Shown: piece by piece, positions 49,330 to 61,534 of the stretch
How positions within the stretch are numbered: the stretch's first letter is position 1
Layout of the letters: every line of letters starts with the position of its first letter
Source: a virus
Lineage: Duplodnaviria > Heunggongvirae > Uroviricota > Caudoviricetes
Direction: 5' to 3' (one strand)
IMG/VR virus record: IMGVR_UViG_2833096052_000002
Location: 38,750-102,749 of that record
DNA: 64,000 nt
The notes under the pieces: model-generated
What the model was told of the DNA's origin: nothing
Database searches by the model: none
The model's input: only the letters and a program-made list of their open reading frames with translations
Translations under genes and position numbers: made by a program

Positions 49330-52300
49330 ATAAATCACTCTCCAATCTCAAATAATTCATCACCAGAAAAATCGTTCATATCTTGTAATACAGCATGAGC
49401 AAATTCTATTGCATAGTCATTCCATAATTTATCTTGTAATTCTTCTACATCACAATCTTCTAATCTATAATCATGGACAAATTTCTCTATTAAATTTTTC
49501 ATTCTGTACTCATAATTCTCTTCTATTGTTGGGATATGCATAAAATCAACCATCCTTTCTATTCTACAGAAATAACATATTTTTTACCTGTTGCTCCGCA
49601 TTTAGGGCAAGTATCGTGTCCTGTTACATAATTTTCAGCCAACCATGCAGCGCCACATTTCTTACACCTCATTTTTGTTGAATAGCCACCATTCTTTTCA
49701 CTGTCAATAGTTCCGTAATCAACAAAACCTACAATTGCATCACAATCAATTACTCTAATTTCCATTAAATCAACTCCTTTTGAAATTGCTATTTCTTTAC
49801 ATTGTCATTTTATGAATCTTATCCCAATCAATCTGCTTAAACAGTTTGCTTCTAAAATTTTCCAACTCATCTGCCTTTTCACACTGCTCACAATACTCAT
49901 CTACATCATCGAAATAATTATCTTCCGTCTCTATCCACCAATCTTCCCATTCGGATTCTTCTTCGTTCCAGATCTGAACACCGCCTGTATTGCAATAATC
50001 TGGTTTAATTCTGTTCTGTAACTGAAATGCGTCATAAGCAGCCAATAAATCCACAATCTTTTTGCCTTCTTCTACTGTATTAACTGGAATATAAAATGCT
50101 CCACCATCTGCCCCTACCTGTGGAATCCACCATACTCTTAATTTACTCATATCACTCAACCTCACTTTCTAATTGTCCATACACGCCAACAATTCTCCAT
50201 AACTCATATCTGAATATGGTCGTTCAAAATAAAACCGTTGAGCTTCAGGATAATTTTCTCTTGCCTTTTCTATTTTCCTATCTTTCCATAATTTCATATA
50301 ATCTTCATCAAGATCATTTCCAACATTGAATGTTTCAACTTTGACTTCATCTCCACATTCGTCAACCATAATTAAGTCCAATTGCATTTCCATCACTCCT
50401 TTATCATCATGTTTCTAAAGTATGCAAATACCATTATCATCGCTTTATATTTCCGTGGATGTTTCATAATATTCTCAATTTCTTTCTCAAGACCTGCTGT
50501 ATCTATATCTAATTCGCTTTTTGTAAGAAAGAATCCATTCAATCCACGAATTTCCTCATTGCTATAAGTTTCCATAATTTCTCTTCTTATCATTTTTGCT
50601 GTGTTTGTCGCAGCTTGCTCCAATAATTTTTGATCTACCATATTAATCACCAATCTTCCAATAACTCATACCTCTTTGTAGTCTTCCAATAGCTCATTCA
50701 AGTTGCCTTTTCTCCACCGATGAAGTTTTCCATCACCAGTGTAATTCCTAACAACTCCAACTTTATGACCTGCAACTTTCTGGTCATACTGTATATACTG
50801 ACGAACAGAATTGTGATAATGTCCGTCATTATGAACTTCAATGTATTTTCGTTTATTTCTCTTGTTCTGATATATTTTAATCATACTCACACCTCCACAA
50901 TTTCAATCTCGAAATCATCAGGATCATATTCACTACCTTCAATATCCCAATCTCTCATGTATTCTTCTTTTGCAAGTTCGCTCTCTTCTCTTGCTTCTTC
51001 TTCGGTCTCATAGAGATACCCCAAATCTGAACTATCTCTAAGCCATCCACCGTCATGCCAAATTATATATTTAAACATATTAATATCCCTCCAATCTTTT
51101 CCAACCACCATTTTTCTGTTCCCATGCCGTAGGATTTAAGCAATACAAATCCTTTTTGAACAATTCATCATATCTTTTGTCCATTTGGTCTTTTGTATTG
51201 AAAAGTTCTTCGTGGTCTAAATTGCCTTTATCTATACCAGACAGTTTGTAAATTCGTAACTTATACATAATCATGCCTCTATTATTTCTCGCATTTCATC
51301 AACTGGTACAAATTCTTTGCACCAATCACATAATGCGCAATCCTCGTTGTCAATTGTCACGGTTTCTATATTGTCATTTACTTCCGTTTCAAATACATGT
51401 TCACCTCTGCTTTCAATTTCTTGTAAACAATATTGGCAAATAATCATAATCGCACCTCCTAACACCATAATCCTAATAGAACCATTACCTGCTCAATTCC
51501 CTTGTTCAGTGACGAAACTAAGTATTCGTCCATATCGCTTTCTGTCAGATTACTGTTTTCAAAAATATCATTAATTTTTTGGCACAGATTACCTAACTCT
51601 GTTTTTTGTTCTTCCGTTAATTTATTTAGTAATTCTTCCATTTAATCACTCTCCTCTACAATTTTTCAAATAATCAGCTTTCTTTTTTCTATATTCTGCT
51701 TCAATTTTATCCAATCTTTTCTGTTCTTGATCGCACTCTTCTTGTGATTCAAATACATCATAGTAATGTGTATCTCCATCCCAACGACATCGCACAATTT
51801 TATCTTTCTCTTCGTCTGTTAAGTGATATACTCTGTACATTCTAATCACTCTCCTTGCCTCTAAAATACATATTATATTTGATACCTGCTTCTTTCAGCT
51901 TCCATCCAACCCAATCTCCATAACACCAACATTCTTCTTCAACTTTTGGATCATTCCAAAAATCATCAAAAGCTTTTTCCGTTACTTCTTTTGCTTTATC
52001 AAAATCTTCATCATTTACCAATAAAACTAAATCCATCCACGAATTCATGTCAGAATAAAGATTAATACATCTACGTTCTACTACCATCTTAATCACTCTC
52101 CCTTCAAATTAGGACATAAACCAAGACCACCATCAATTTCAGGCACTCTTCTATATGCTCCTCTGTGAATACAATTTTCCTTATCACATTCAGTACAATC
52201 GCACTTTTTGTATTCCTCGTAACTCATTTTATAATTTGTCTCTTTGAATCTCTCTTCTGTCATCATATCAATCACTCCTTTAAACAATCCTTGTCAACTA

Positions 52301-52938
52301 CTGCAAACAACTTAATTTCCTCTCCAACTTCGCTTTCATCAAGATCCAGATTATCAAGTAATTCTGCAAATGACTCATCGTTAAAATCTTCCTTATATAA
52401 ATACACGTCATGTACTGTTGGAGTACACCATAAATGCAATCTAATGAACTCTATCAGTTCAATCCATTCGCATTCATTACATATCCGTCTTGCACATCTT
52501 ACTAATGATTGAACAAAATCCTGCGTTATTAATCCGTTGCCTTCGAGTTTTTCAATCTGCTCGTCAGTAATCTCTTTTATGTTGCTTATACCTTTGTCCA
52601 TGATATAGGAAACAACTGCATTTCCCATTCGTGAATCGAACTCTTCCTCAATAATCTTTCCTATTTTTGTTTCGTAGTATGTCATATTACGCTACCTCCT
52701 AATAATCTTCATCAATACATTCGTCAGCTTCACTATAATATTGACCATCATATCCCTTTTCCATTAATTTCTCCCAACAATCATTACACACTAATCTAAA
52801 AGTGATTCCATGACAGTCTCTTGTAAAATTCATATCATTTCTTTCTACTTCCTTATTACACACTGGACAAATTCTAATATCTTTTTCTTCCATAGTTTAT
52901 TGTCTCCTTTTTCTTGTAAACAGTTCTTTCCTTTGGCT

Positions 52939-53808
52939 TTATGCTACTGCCTCAACGCTGTCATACAATGTTTCGCTTACTCCAAAATTAAGTGCAATAT
53001 TCTTAACAAGTTCATCACCCCATTTGTCACTAAAATATCCCCAACATGAATCTTTCTCTTCCCAGTCATCATCTTCTGCATTGTATTCTTCCGTGATAAC
53101 CCCATATACTTCACCAGTTAAATACTGATCATATACCTCAACTTCACCTTGCATATCTGCATATGCAATTTTCTTCCAATTTCTTTTATTTGCATTACCA
53201 CAAGTCTTTAATACCGTTTTCTTGTCAGTGTAAATATATCCAACCTGTCCAGAGTCCCATCTGTCACCAAAACTTCCAGTGCTCATTGTGATTCCGCTAT
53301 GGTCATACAGATAAAGTGGAAGATATATAATGTTTGCGTGTTTCTCTAACAAATACCATTTATCTTTCTGTGGTAAAGCTTCAATCATATCATCGACTAA
53401 CCAATCAAGCGATTCATATTCTTCTATTACATCAAATTTTGCTTCTCTGCTTGTGCCAAGTGGAAACCAATAATATGTTCCCCATAACTGCCACATCTGT
53501 TCATGTCTGTCATATCTCAACTCAAGTCCATTAGATGCTTTCTTTGCCTTCACATAATTGATGATTGATTTCTCTTCTACATTTTCCCTTATAAGATTAT
53601 TTAAAAAGTCCTCATTGTCGTTGTAATCATTATCCTTATAATCTCCAAGTCTATAATCTCTATGCCAACACATCATTTTGCCTATTTGACCATCCCAATC
53701 ATACCGTGGATCAAGTGGTTCATCATCCTGTTCAATATGTAGTCTCATAAGCTTTCCGTTATCTTTATAGTATCTGTATTCTTTATCTGCCATATCAATC
53801 AACCTCAC
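52939..53808 (-). CDS. hypothetical Trp/Asp-rich protein (289 aa)
   Basis: ORF track. Confidence 0.45.
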   Translation of the reverse strand: MRLIDMADKEYRYYKDNGKLMRLHIEQDDEPLDPRYDWDGQIGKMMCWHRDYRLGDYKDNDYNDNEDFLNNLIRENVEEKSIINYVKAKKASNGLELRYDRHEQMWQLWGTYYWFPLGTSREAKFDVIEEYESLDWLVDDMIEALPQKDKWYLLEKHANIIYLPLYLYDHSGITMSTGSFGDRWDSGQVGYIYTDKKTVLKTCGNANKRNWKKIAYADMQGEVEVYDQYLTGEVYGVITEEYNAEDDDWEEKDSCWGYFSDKWGDELVKNIALNFGVSETLYDSVEAVA

Positions 53809-54377
53809 TTTCTTACGCCAAATCTCTTTTCCATGATATGATTTACACTATCTTGTGCATACATTTCTCTTGCACATTCCATAAATTTCTGAATACCATA
53901 TCCGTAATCTTCCATTGAATCATTTAAAATTCGTTCAATTAAATCTTTGTCCATTTCTTCTGTATAGATTGAAGGACTTCCCTGACCATCTACGTTACTA
54001 AATCCGACAACCTTTCCTGAACTCATTCGTAAAATATCAAGTTTATAAAATCCATACATTCTGTTGATAATAATATTATGTATTTTACCTCTGTACTTTA
54101 CATTTACATCACCACAAAGAACTCTTCCGTCTTCTGCGATTATTACACTTCCAACAAGAGTTCTATATTCATCATAGTTCCCATTCTGACTGTAAATATA
54201 AGCAGCTACCGCTTCAATATTTGCAAGTGTACCCGTTAATTTTTGAAATTTATCATATTCATTTTGAGTATATTTAATCAATGGTTCATCTCCATATTGA
54301 ACTGCCACAATATCATGGAGAGAATCATTCCATGATGTAAACCATTTCTCTTTTAATTCTTCTCTCGTCATTCTCAT
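53805..54377 (-). CDS. hypothetical protein (190 aa)
   Basis: ORF track. Confidence 0.45.
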   Translation of the reverse strand: MRMTREELKEKWFTSWNDSLHDIVAVQYGDEPLIKYTQNEYDKFQKLTGTLANIEAVAAYIYSQNGNYDEYRTLVGSVIIAEDGRVLCGDVNVKYRGKIHNIIINRMYGFYKLDILRMSSGKVVGFSNVDGQGSPSIYTEEMDKDLIERILNDSMEDYGYGIQKFMECAREMYAQDSVNHIMEKRFGVRK

Positions 54378-54994
54378 TTTCGCTTATCTCCTACAATAAT
54401 TCGTTTACATGCTTCTTTAACCATGCATATGCTTTTACCATTGAATCAAATGGTTCAATTCCGATCCACATCAAAACACCATCTCCAACAACTGCTGTTG
54501 TCTTTAAACAATACTCTTCTTTATTAATTTCCCATTTTCCATCGTATCGCTTTTCTACAACATACTTACTTATTCGTGGGGTAATTTTTCCAAAATAATT
54601 CCGTGTAATCATCTTTACATTCTCCTTTCTCTAAACCTTTTAATTCATCATCAGAATATTTCGCCCATTTTCCTGTATGAACATCATTCATTATTTCTTC
54701 AAATGTTCTCTCTTTCATTCCATATATTTCTGTTGCAACTTTATACATGTCATAAACAAGATCCTTTTCTGTATCAATAATCATAAAATCTTTAGGATTT
54801 TTCAAATTATCCAACACATACTGCATGAAATCTCTGAATGTAATTAGTCTGTTTGTTGTACACCATACAAGAATTTTATTTTTATCTTTGGTGTCTCTTG
54901 TTACAAATTTCATCAATTGCATCTCACATTCTCCTTCCTAATAAAATAAGGCAGACACAATAATTTGCATCTGCCTTTATTTATTCTCCTATTT

Positions 54995-55528
54995 CTAATC
55001 AATCTCATCACATTCTAAACTATCAACATCCCAATCAAGTTCATCAATCGGCTTGTCCCATAATCCATTGTCGTCTGCAATATAATTCATAATCCTTGCA
55101 AAACTACTTGCCTTAACCTTTTCCATTTCCTCTGTAAATTTATGAGTCGGCTGCATAGCATCGTCTGTTTCAAAGATATACACATCAACTGTGTTATCAC
55201 TATTTACATTAGCCTTAATAAATCCAATCTCATTTTTATGGAAAATAAAAAACTCACATAATCTATTATTACAATTCCAATCAAACGGTGTACTATCGTT
55301 TCCATTCATGTAATAAATAGCTCCGTTTGTATCCAACATATCGTCCGTTACATTAGGATACATATTTCGTGCAACCTTAAAAATTCTTTCAATTTCTCTT
55401 TTAAATTCGTAGCCATTCATATTATTTTTCCTCCTTTGGTGTAATAAGTTCTGTGATCTTCTCTCTGAAAAATTCACAATATCCGTTAATACTTCCGTCA
55501 TTATAAACCCAGAACCAATCCTCATCAT
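54995..55528 (-). CDS. hypothetical protein (177 aa)
   Basis: ORF track. Confidence 0.4.
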   Translation of the reverse strand: MMRIGSGFIMTEVLTDIVNFSERRSQNLLHQRRKNNMNGYEFKREIERIFKVARNMYPNVTDDMLDTNGAIYYMNGNDSTPFDWNCNNRLCEFFIFHKNEIGFIKANVNSDNTVDVYIFETDDAMQPTHKFTEEMEKVKASSFARIMNYIADDNGLWDKPIDELDWDVDSLECDEID

Positions 55529-55934
55529 AATTCCAGAAAATCATTACTTCGTGACCTGCTGTAACACCATCAAATACATGTTTATTTCTCTTTCCATCTT
55601 TTGATTTAAAACAATCATTTACCGTATCATCACTTGCTCCATTTTTCTTTAAAACAAGGTATAAATATCTTTTAAGGTTTTCCAAGTCCCTTTCTGTTTG
55701 TATATCAAAAATTTCAACTTTCTCATCATAGCTATAATCATCGTTTATGTCGCAATGTGATAAATAGTTTTTGTTACCCATTCTCTTTAACTCTTTGCTG
55801 ATTGCAAACAGTGCTGATTCCTCATATTTTTTGCACTCCTCTTCGCTACCAAATACAGTTCCATCATCTGAAACGTATTCTATTCTTACAAGTTTCTCGA
55901 TTGTTTCTGTTTTTCTTACTTCGTTTATCTTCAT
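55422..55934 (-). CDS. hypothetical protein (170 aa)
   Basis: ORF track. Confidence 0.4.
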   Translation of the reverse strand: MKINEVRKTETIEKLVRIEYVSDDGTVFGSEEECKKYEESALFAISKELKRMGNKNYLSHCDINDDYSYDEKVEIFDIQTERDLENLKRYLYLVLKKNGASDDTVNDCFKSKDGKRNKHVFDGVTAGHEVMIFWNYDEDWFWVYNDGSINGYCEFFREKITELITPKEEK

Positions 55935-56589
55935 AGTTTTAGTCTCCTTTTTCTCTTATACTATATATTGTGGTTGCTCGTTTTATACATCACTATATGT
56001 TGTAATTATTCTACCAAGAAATTACAATTTACTTTGCTTTTTAATTCTGAAATACAATGTCGGATATTTCTTTTATTAATCTTTCAGCATCATTAACTCG
56101 CCTTGCTAAAACATCATCTGTACAAAAATCCCATTACTCATCTTCATTTACCTTTTTTATTACCTGTAATGACTGAGACAATAATGTGTTAATGCTTCCC
56201 AATGCTTTTAATGTATTGTCTTTATCAATAATATGTTTTGCCATATAATCACGCTCCTTTACCACTCAGGCTCTTTATCAATCAAGCCCAAGTAAAATTC
56301 ATGTTTTGCTCCATCATTAAAATGTTCTCGTAGATTAGCAAGTGTTTTCGTTCCATTTTTTAATGATTCATAATCAGCAAGTACCATATCATCTGTATAT
56401 TTTGCGTACTCGTTCCTACCAATACTCAATCTAAAAGTTTCACCTGTTCTAACCCAACCCCATTTTCCTGTATTTTTTGCTTTCGGATAAGCACCTATCA
56501 TATACCCATATAAGTCTGGATGTTTTTCTGAATTTTCGCTATGCCAATCTTCAAGCTGTATTTTCGTTCCGTCTGATAAAACGGTCTTG

Positions 56590-57180
56590 TCAATTATTTT
56601 CTGCATAATTCTCGACCTCCCCACTTTCTAATCTCAACACTAAATCAAGCACCTTATCTCTATACTTGATCATCTGTACTGCTTTTCTAAGTGTTTCCTT
56701 TTCACCAAACTCATCGGGAATAATATCAATTCCATATTCTACAAGCTGTTTTTCTGCTTCATACATTAAGTCTTTTGCATTCGCTTCTGGAATATAATCT
56801 TTCCCTCTTGGATCTGCAATTCCTGCTTTTACATATTCTGGATAACACAAATCAATGAATCGTGGCAATTCATTATCTAAATCCATCATATATGTATGGT
56901 CAGGATCAAGGATGCGTTCAGGCTTACCACTTCCCCCTCTCTTTCCCATCCTTTCTGCAATATCTTCTGTCTCATAAAATTCATTCTCTGCAAGAACTTT
57001 TCTCTGAATCTCTTCTGCGTTTGCTTTAATTGTTTCATATAATGCCTTTGCATTAAAATAATTACTCTTTAATTTTCCAAGGAAAACTTTGTCATACTGA
57101 ATCTGTGGCAACATAACTAATCCCTCCTTGCTTTTAACATCTGTTCTCTGTATTCTTTTATCTGTTCCATTGTCAACCAC
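56590..57180 (-). CDS. hypothetical protein (196 aa)
   Basis: ORF track. Confidence 0.4.
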   Translation of the reverse strand: MVDNGTDKRIQRTDVKSKEGLVMLPQIQYDKVFLGKLKSNYFNAKALYETIKANAEEIQRKVLAENEFYETEDIAERMGKRGGSGKPERILDPDHTYMMDLDNELPRFIDLCYPEYVKAGIADPRGKDYIPEANAKDLMYEAEKQLVEYGIDIIPDEFGEKETLRKAVQMIKYRDKVLDLVLRLESGEVENYAENN

Positions 57181-57844
57181 TCTGGCTTTTCATCTTCTGC
57201 AAATGAGTTCCATAATTTTTCCATTTCATCACAGTGTTCTTCAACCGACTTGTAATACAGATGTCCTTCATATCCATTTCCATTACCCAAGAAATAATCA
57301 CAATCCATTTTATATCTACTAAGCATCATGTAATCCATTTCTCTTGGATGTCTTACGAATGGTTCATCACATACAACTTCTTCTGTAACTCTTCTATTTG
57401 GTTCGCCACAAATCTCTCCCCATTCTTCTCTATAAGCTCCTGTGTATAATGCAAGTCCGTTTCTGCCATTGTTTTCATCGAAATACAGCTTTCCGTTTTC
57501 GTCCTCATAACAAGGGACTTCCATATATCCACCGAATCCTACAAATTTTACTTTTAACATACTAATCAACCTGCCTTTCCATGTATAACAAACTTGTCAT
57601 AATTCCCTTTAATGCATACCAACACTGTTCTGCATTCATATATCCAATTAGCGAACCAGTATCTTTCTTTATATGGAATTGATTGCCACATTCAATACTG
57701 ATTACTACAGATATTTCCGTTTTGCTTACTGTATTGATTGCACTAATTTCTCTATCAATCTTTCCACACAGTTCTTTTTCGTTTTCGCTTAAATATCCTA
57801 TAACTCCGTTATCCCATTTGATATTTAACATCTATATCATCTCC

Positions 57845-58534
57845 TTATCTCACATATGGAATATCTTTTCCATGCATATAATTTTCACCTCTAAAACAAT
57901 CACCACAGTATTCCCAAATTCCATCATCTACCTTTTTAAATGTGGAATATGTTGTTCTGCCTTTTCCATTTTCATCAATTCTGCTTGAACATGGCTCGCC
58001 AATCTGTGAACAATCGCTTCTCATACAAGCTGGTAGCAATAAATCCATAAAGGAATCAATCATATCCTCTGTGAAATATTCACCAACTTCATGTGCATCA
58101 AGTCCAAAGTAATGTTCTTTATCTACAATTTCCTTTCCGTTGTACATTTTAGATTCACTTAATGGAACACCATCATATTCGACTTCTTCAATTACCAAGG
58201 TATCATTGAACCATGTATATGATTCATAATGCTTTTTATAAACTTCTGCTGCTTTGCGTGTTGGGAAGATTTGCGGATTACCTGCTGATAATCTATATTT
58301 TCCTTTGTGATAATACACAACTTCATATCCCTTAAGTCCTTTTGTCCATCCTGGAATATCAATTTCGATCACATATCCGTTATCAACTGACCATTTAACT
58401 GCTTCATAATCATATTCGTCTACAGGTTCACCAACTGTTTTATACTTGTAACTTGCACACTCTTCTTTGCCTTTTTCTGTAAGTACAAAATGCTTTCCTT
58501 CGTCTGCTTTGTACCAATTATTCCGTAATTTCAT
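57845..58534 (-). CDS. hypothetical protein (229 aa)
   Basis: ORF track. Confidence 0.45.
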   Translation of the reverse strand: MKLRNNWYKADEGKHFVLTEKGKEECASYKYKTVGEPVDEYDYEAVKWSVDNGYVIEIDIPGWTKGLKGYEVVYYHKGKYRLSAGNPQIFPTRKAAEVYKKHYESYTWFNDTLVIEEVEYDGVPLSESKMYNGKEIVDKEHYFGLDAHEVGEYFTEDMIDSFMDLLLPACMRSDCSQIGEPCSSRIDENGKGRTTYSTFKKVDDGIWEYCGDCFRGENYMHGKDIPYVR

Positions 58535-59958
58535 AATTCGTTTCCTCCTTGTAATAAAATAGGCAGCTAGGTATTTATTCTCCTAACTGCCTTTGCGGTT
58601 ACTATAAATTTATTGCATTTCCATTCTCATCATATTCAATCGGTGCAATGTGAACTGCATAACTGATTCCTTTTTCTTTGTCGTAAATCTCCATTGTACC
58701 ACCTGCACAAAATTCAAATGAGAACCGCTTATCATCCGATTCAAGTAATTTAATCAGATGATCCGTGAGTTCATTCAAGTTCTGTGCATCTTCTTTTGAT
58801 TTTTCAATACTTGTCATTTTGCTTCACTCCTTTTCATAAATTTCTAATCTATGCAGCAAATCAAACATTGCCACATATCTACCCTGATTCCGTTCCTTGA
58901 GTTTTTCATTATCATTCTGCATTGCATCATCATAATCCTTATTTACTTTTCTAAATTCCTCTGCAATAATTTCAAGAATTTCATCCTTTGTCTTGCTACA
59001 TGTATATTTTGCCATTTCGCTTCACTCCTTATCTAATTTCTTCAAAAGGTTTTACATTTTTGATTCGTTCATCATAAATCAACGTATAGCCATTATAATA
59101 AAACCTTTCTCTTTCGTCTGGCTTTGTCCATATAATTGTTTCCTGTTTTAAACCATCACAAGGAGAAGTCTTAATATCTGCCATCGTTGCTCCATTCGAT
59201 TCATAAATCCGTACTGCTATTGCATAAGGTTTGTTTTCCATTGATTTTTACCCCCAATCTTATCAAGAAATCTTAGTTTCATTTATTCATCCGCAAGTAA
59301 TGAACCAATTTTCCAATTCCGTTCTTTCTTCATCCGTTAAACAAGTTCCGTTCTCATAATGAAAAGACCAGTTATCATTTTTATCCACCATATAAATAAA
59401 ATCTATCTTAGCAGCGTGATGATTTTGATTCATAAAAACTACTGCTCTGCCAAGATTGATATTGCCATCATAACAAGTATTACTTTGTGTCTCGAATGCA
59501 AAATTTTCATCAACTCTATCCATTTTTCTGCCCCCAAATCAAATGAAACACGTATTTCTAACTATCACTTTCAATCAAGTAATTCAGGACATTTTCAATA
59601 TAAGAACATTCGACATCTATAACACATTCCTTTTTAAGTTTGCTCTGTATATCTAAAATATCTGAATCATATAGATGACTGATTCCAATTTTTTCTTTTT
59701 CATCGCAAATTTCTATTATTGTTTCAACTGTAGATACAAATATCCGCAATGAACAATCCAGGCAAATCATTCTGTTTGCCTCATCATTTGTCTGTCTGCA
59801 AGCTCTGCCATAATATCCACATATACAAGGTACATTACATTTACTTTCATCACTTGTAATATTATTTCTGATGCAATACTTTTCAAACTCCTTTTGCTTT
59901 TTGCTTGTTATAATTGGAAACATGCAACCATCTCCTTTCCCTTGAAACACGCATTTTA

Positions 59959-60777
59959 CTACCAACTAATCTCACAAGTTTCTTTATTAAAGAAATATGC
60001 GTGATCACTCAATACTTCTTCTGGTGAAACCTGTGTTGCATTTATTTCACGAACCATATTAGAGTACATTTTCATGTCGGGTTCATTGTCGATGTGAATA
60101 ATACATTCGTGAATACTTGATGGAAGAATTACAAGGTTACTATTATATTCCTTTGCAATATTGCTTAACAACTCCTTGTCACAAATTGCAACTGCTCCAT
60201 TTACCTTTTTCTTATTTGTAACAATAATCATTTTTACTTCATCCATATTAAGAAGTTCGTCACACCCTATCATATCGGCAAGCATCTTTGCCATATCTTC
60301 AACAAGAATATTTTCTTTTGCATTTAACAATGCTCTTGCAAAAATTTCATCTTTGCTTACTTCCTTAAACATTCCTGGCTTTATCTTATATGTAGCATCT
60401 TCTGCGACTTTTACCCTGACATACATTTCCATATCAAGATAATCCCTCTTTAAAATATTTTCATCTGTCTTTCTCTGTAAACAAAGCTGCAAGTTATTCT
60501 TTGCATAATCCCACTTTATAATCTTATCCGCATTTATATCCATTTTTGGAGCGTTTTCATAAGTATTAATAATTCCACTTACACACTCATTCACTGTAAG
60601 ATTTAAGTTAGGATAAATAGTAGGTCTTATTGTGCCTTCTCCAATAATCACACCGACTTTTTCAACTCCATTTTTTACCACTGTTGTACTTTCTGCCTTG
60701 TATCCTCTGTTATTTAACTCCATAATAATTTCGTTCATCATAATTTTTTTACCTGCCTTTCCAAAAGAAATATCCAT
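59959..60777 (-). CDS. hypothetical protein (272 aa)
   Basis: ORF track. Confidence 0.45.
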   Translation of the reverse strand: MDISFGKAGKKIMMNEIIMELNNRGYKAESTTVVKNGVEKVGVIIGEGTIRPTIYPNLNLTVNECVSGIINTYENAPKMDINADKIIKWDYAKNNLQLCLQRKTDENILKRDYLDMEMYVRVKVAEDATYKIKPGMFKEVSKDEIFARALLNAKENILVEDMAKMLADMIGCDELLNMDEVKMIIVTNKKKVNGAVAICDKELLSNIAKEYNSNLVILPSSIHECIIHIDNEPDMKMYSNMVREINATQVSPEEVLSDHAYFFNKETCEISW

Positions 60778-60780
60778 TTC

Positions 60781-61239
60781 TTAATCCTCATCAATGCTAT
60801 TTGCACCATCAGAGAACCCATCATCATAACCCTTGTTATACATAGGATTCTCGAACTTCGTATTAGCTATTGGTGAATCTTCTTCAATGCCAAAGAAAGA
60901 TTTCTCTTCCTCAGACATTTCACAACACTCGTCAAAATACTCCATTGCACTTTCCCTATCATCAGAGATTAAACCATCCTTGAAGAGCGTTGCAAGTTCT
61001 TCTAATCTGCAACGTGGAATATAATCTGCATTTACCTTTCCCATGAAACAATCATAAGCTGATTGAAGATATAACATCTTCTTAGGATTATTCTGGAAAT
61101 AAGTAAAATACATTCCATGCGCCCACTGCTGACCTTCTGGTTGTGTTGGATCGTAACCACTAACAACTGCATACTGTGTATCACTTTCGCTTTGCAGTAA
61201 TGCATAATCTCCATTCCGTAAAATTTCTGTCCACTTCAT
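60781..61239 (-). CDS. hypothetical acidic protein, possible partner of HicA-like gene
   Basis: immediately downstream (4-nt gap) of HicA-like ORF. Confidence 0.35.
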   Translation of the reverse strand: MKWTEILRNGDYALLQSESDTQYAVVSGYDPTQPEGQQWAHGMYFTYFQNNPKKMLYLQSAYDCFMGKVNADYIPRCRLEELATLFKDGLISDDRESAMEYFDECCEMSEEEKSFFGIEEDSPIANTKFENPMYNKGYDDGFSDGANSIDED

Positions 61240-61243
61240 TCTT

Positions 61244-61471
61244 TTACCTCCTACTACTAATCTTGCTCAACACGTTCTTGCCACCCTTTAGCGAATGCCT
61301 TTTACATTCACCAAGCCATAGCATTCGATTTAACGACTTTGGAAGACTTATTACATCTCCCTTTTCGTTCTCATATATGTAATGAGAACCGCTTTTCCGC
61401 TTAACACAATATCCATTCATCTCCATTACTGGATTGACTATACGGATATCATCTCTCCATCTCTTACTCAT
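61244..61471 (-). CDS. HicA-family (YcfA-like) toxin homolog
   Basis: NGYCVKRKSGSHYIYENEKGDVISLPKS resembles HicA GWxxxRxxGSHxxxxHP core. Confidence 0.45.
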   Translation of the reverse strand: MSKRWRDDIRIVNPVMEMNGYCVKRKSGSHYIYENEKGDVISLPKSLNRMLWLGECKRHSLKGGKNVLSKISSRR

Positions 61472-61534
61472 TTATTTTCTCCTTTCGCTTATATTTGACC
61501 GTATAGCCGTTATCTCAGCTATGTGTTTATTCTC

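Larger units (their letters stand above)
45572..52893 (-). other. early-region array of about 35 co-directional very small ORFs (40-137 aa), many acidic or CxxC zinc-ribbon
   Basis: ORF track shows contiguous minus-strand ORFs with 1-10 nt overlaps or gaps; typical phage host-takeover/anti-defence gene field. Confidence 0.5.

Noticed and set aside
49320-49337. TAG read-through joining the 72-aa ORF 49335..49553 to the 116-aa ORF 48789..49139
   Set aside because: The 72-aa ORF actually ends with TGA. The downstream TAG lies in the zero frame of a separate ATG-initiated gene, and the long start-less open frame is reached by a +1 shift at an A8 run. This is reported as a frameshift/homopolymer issue instead
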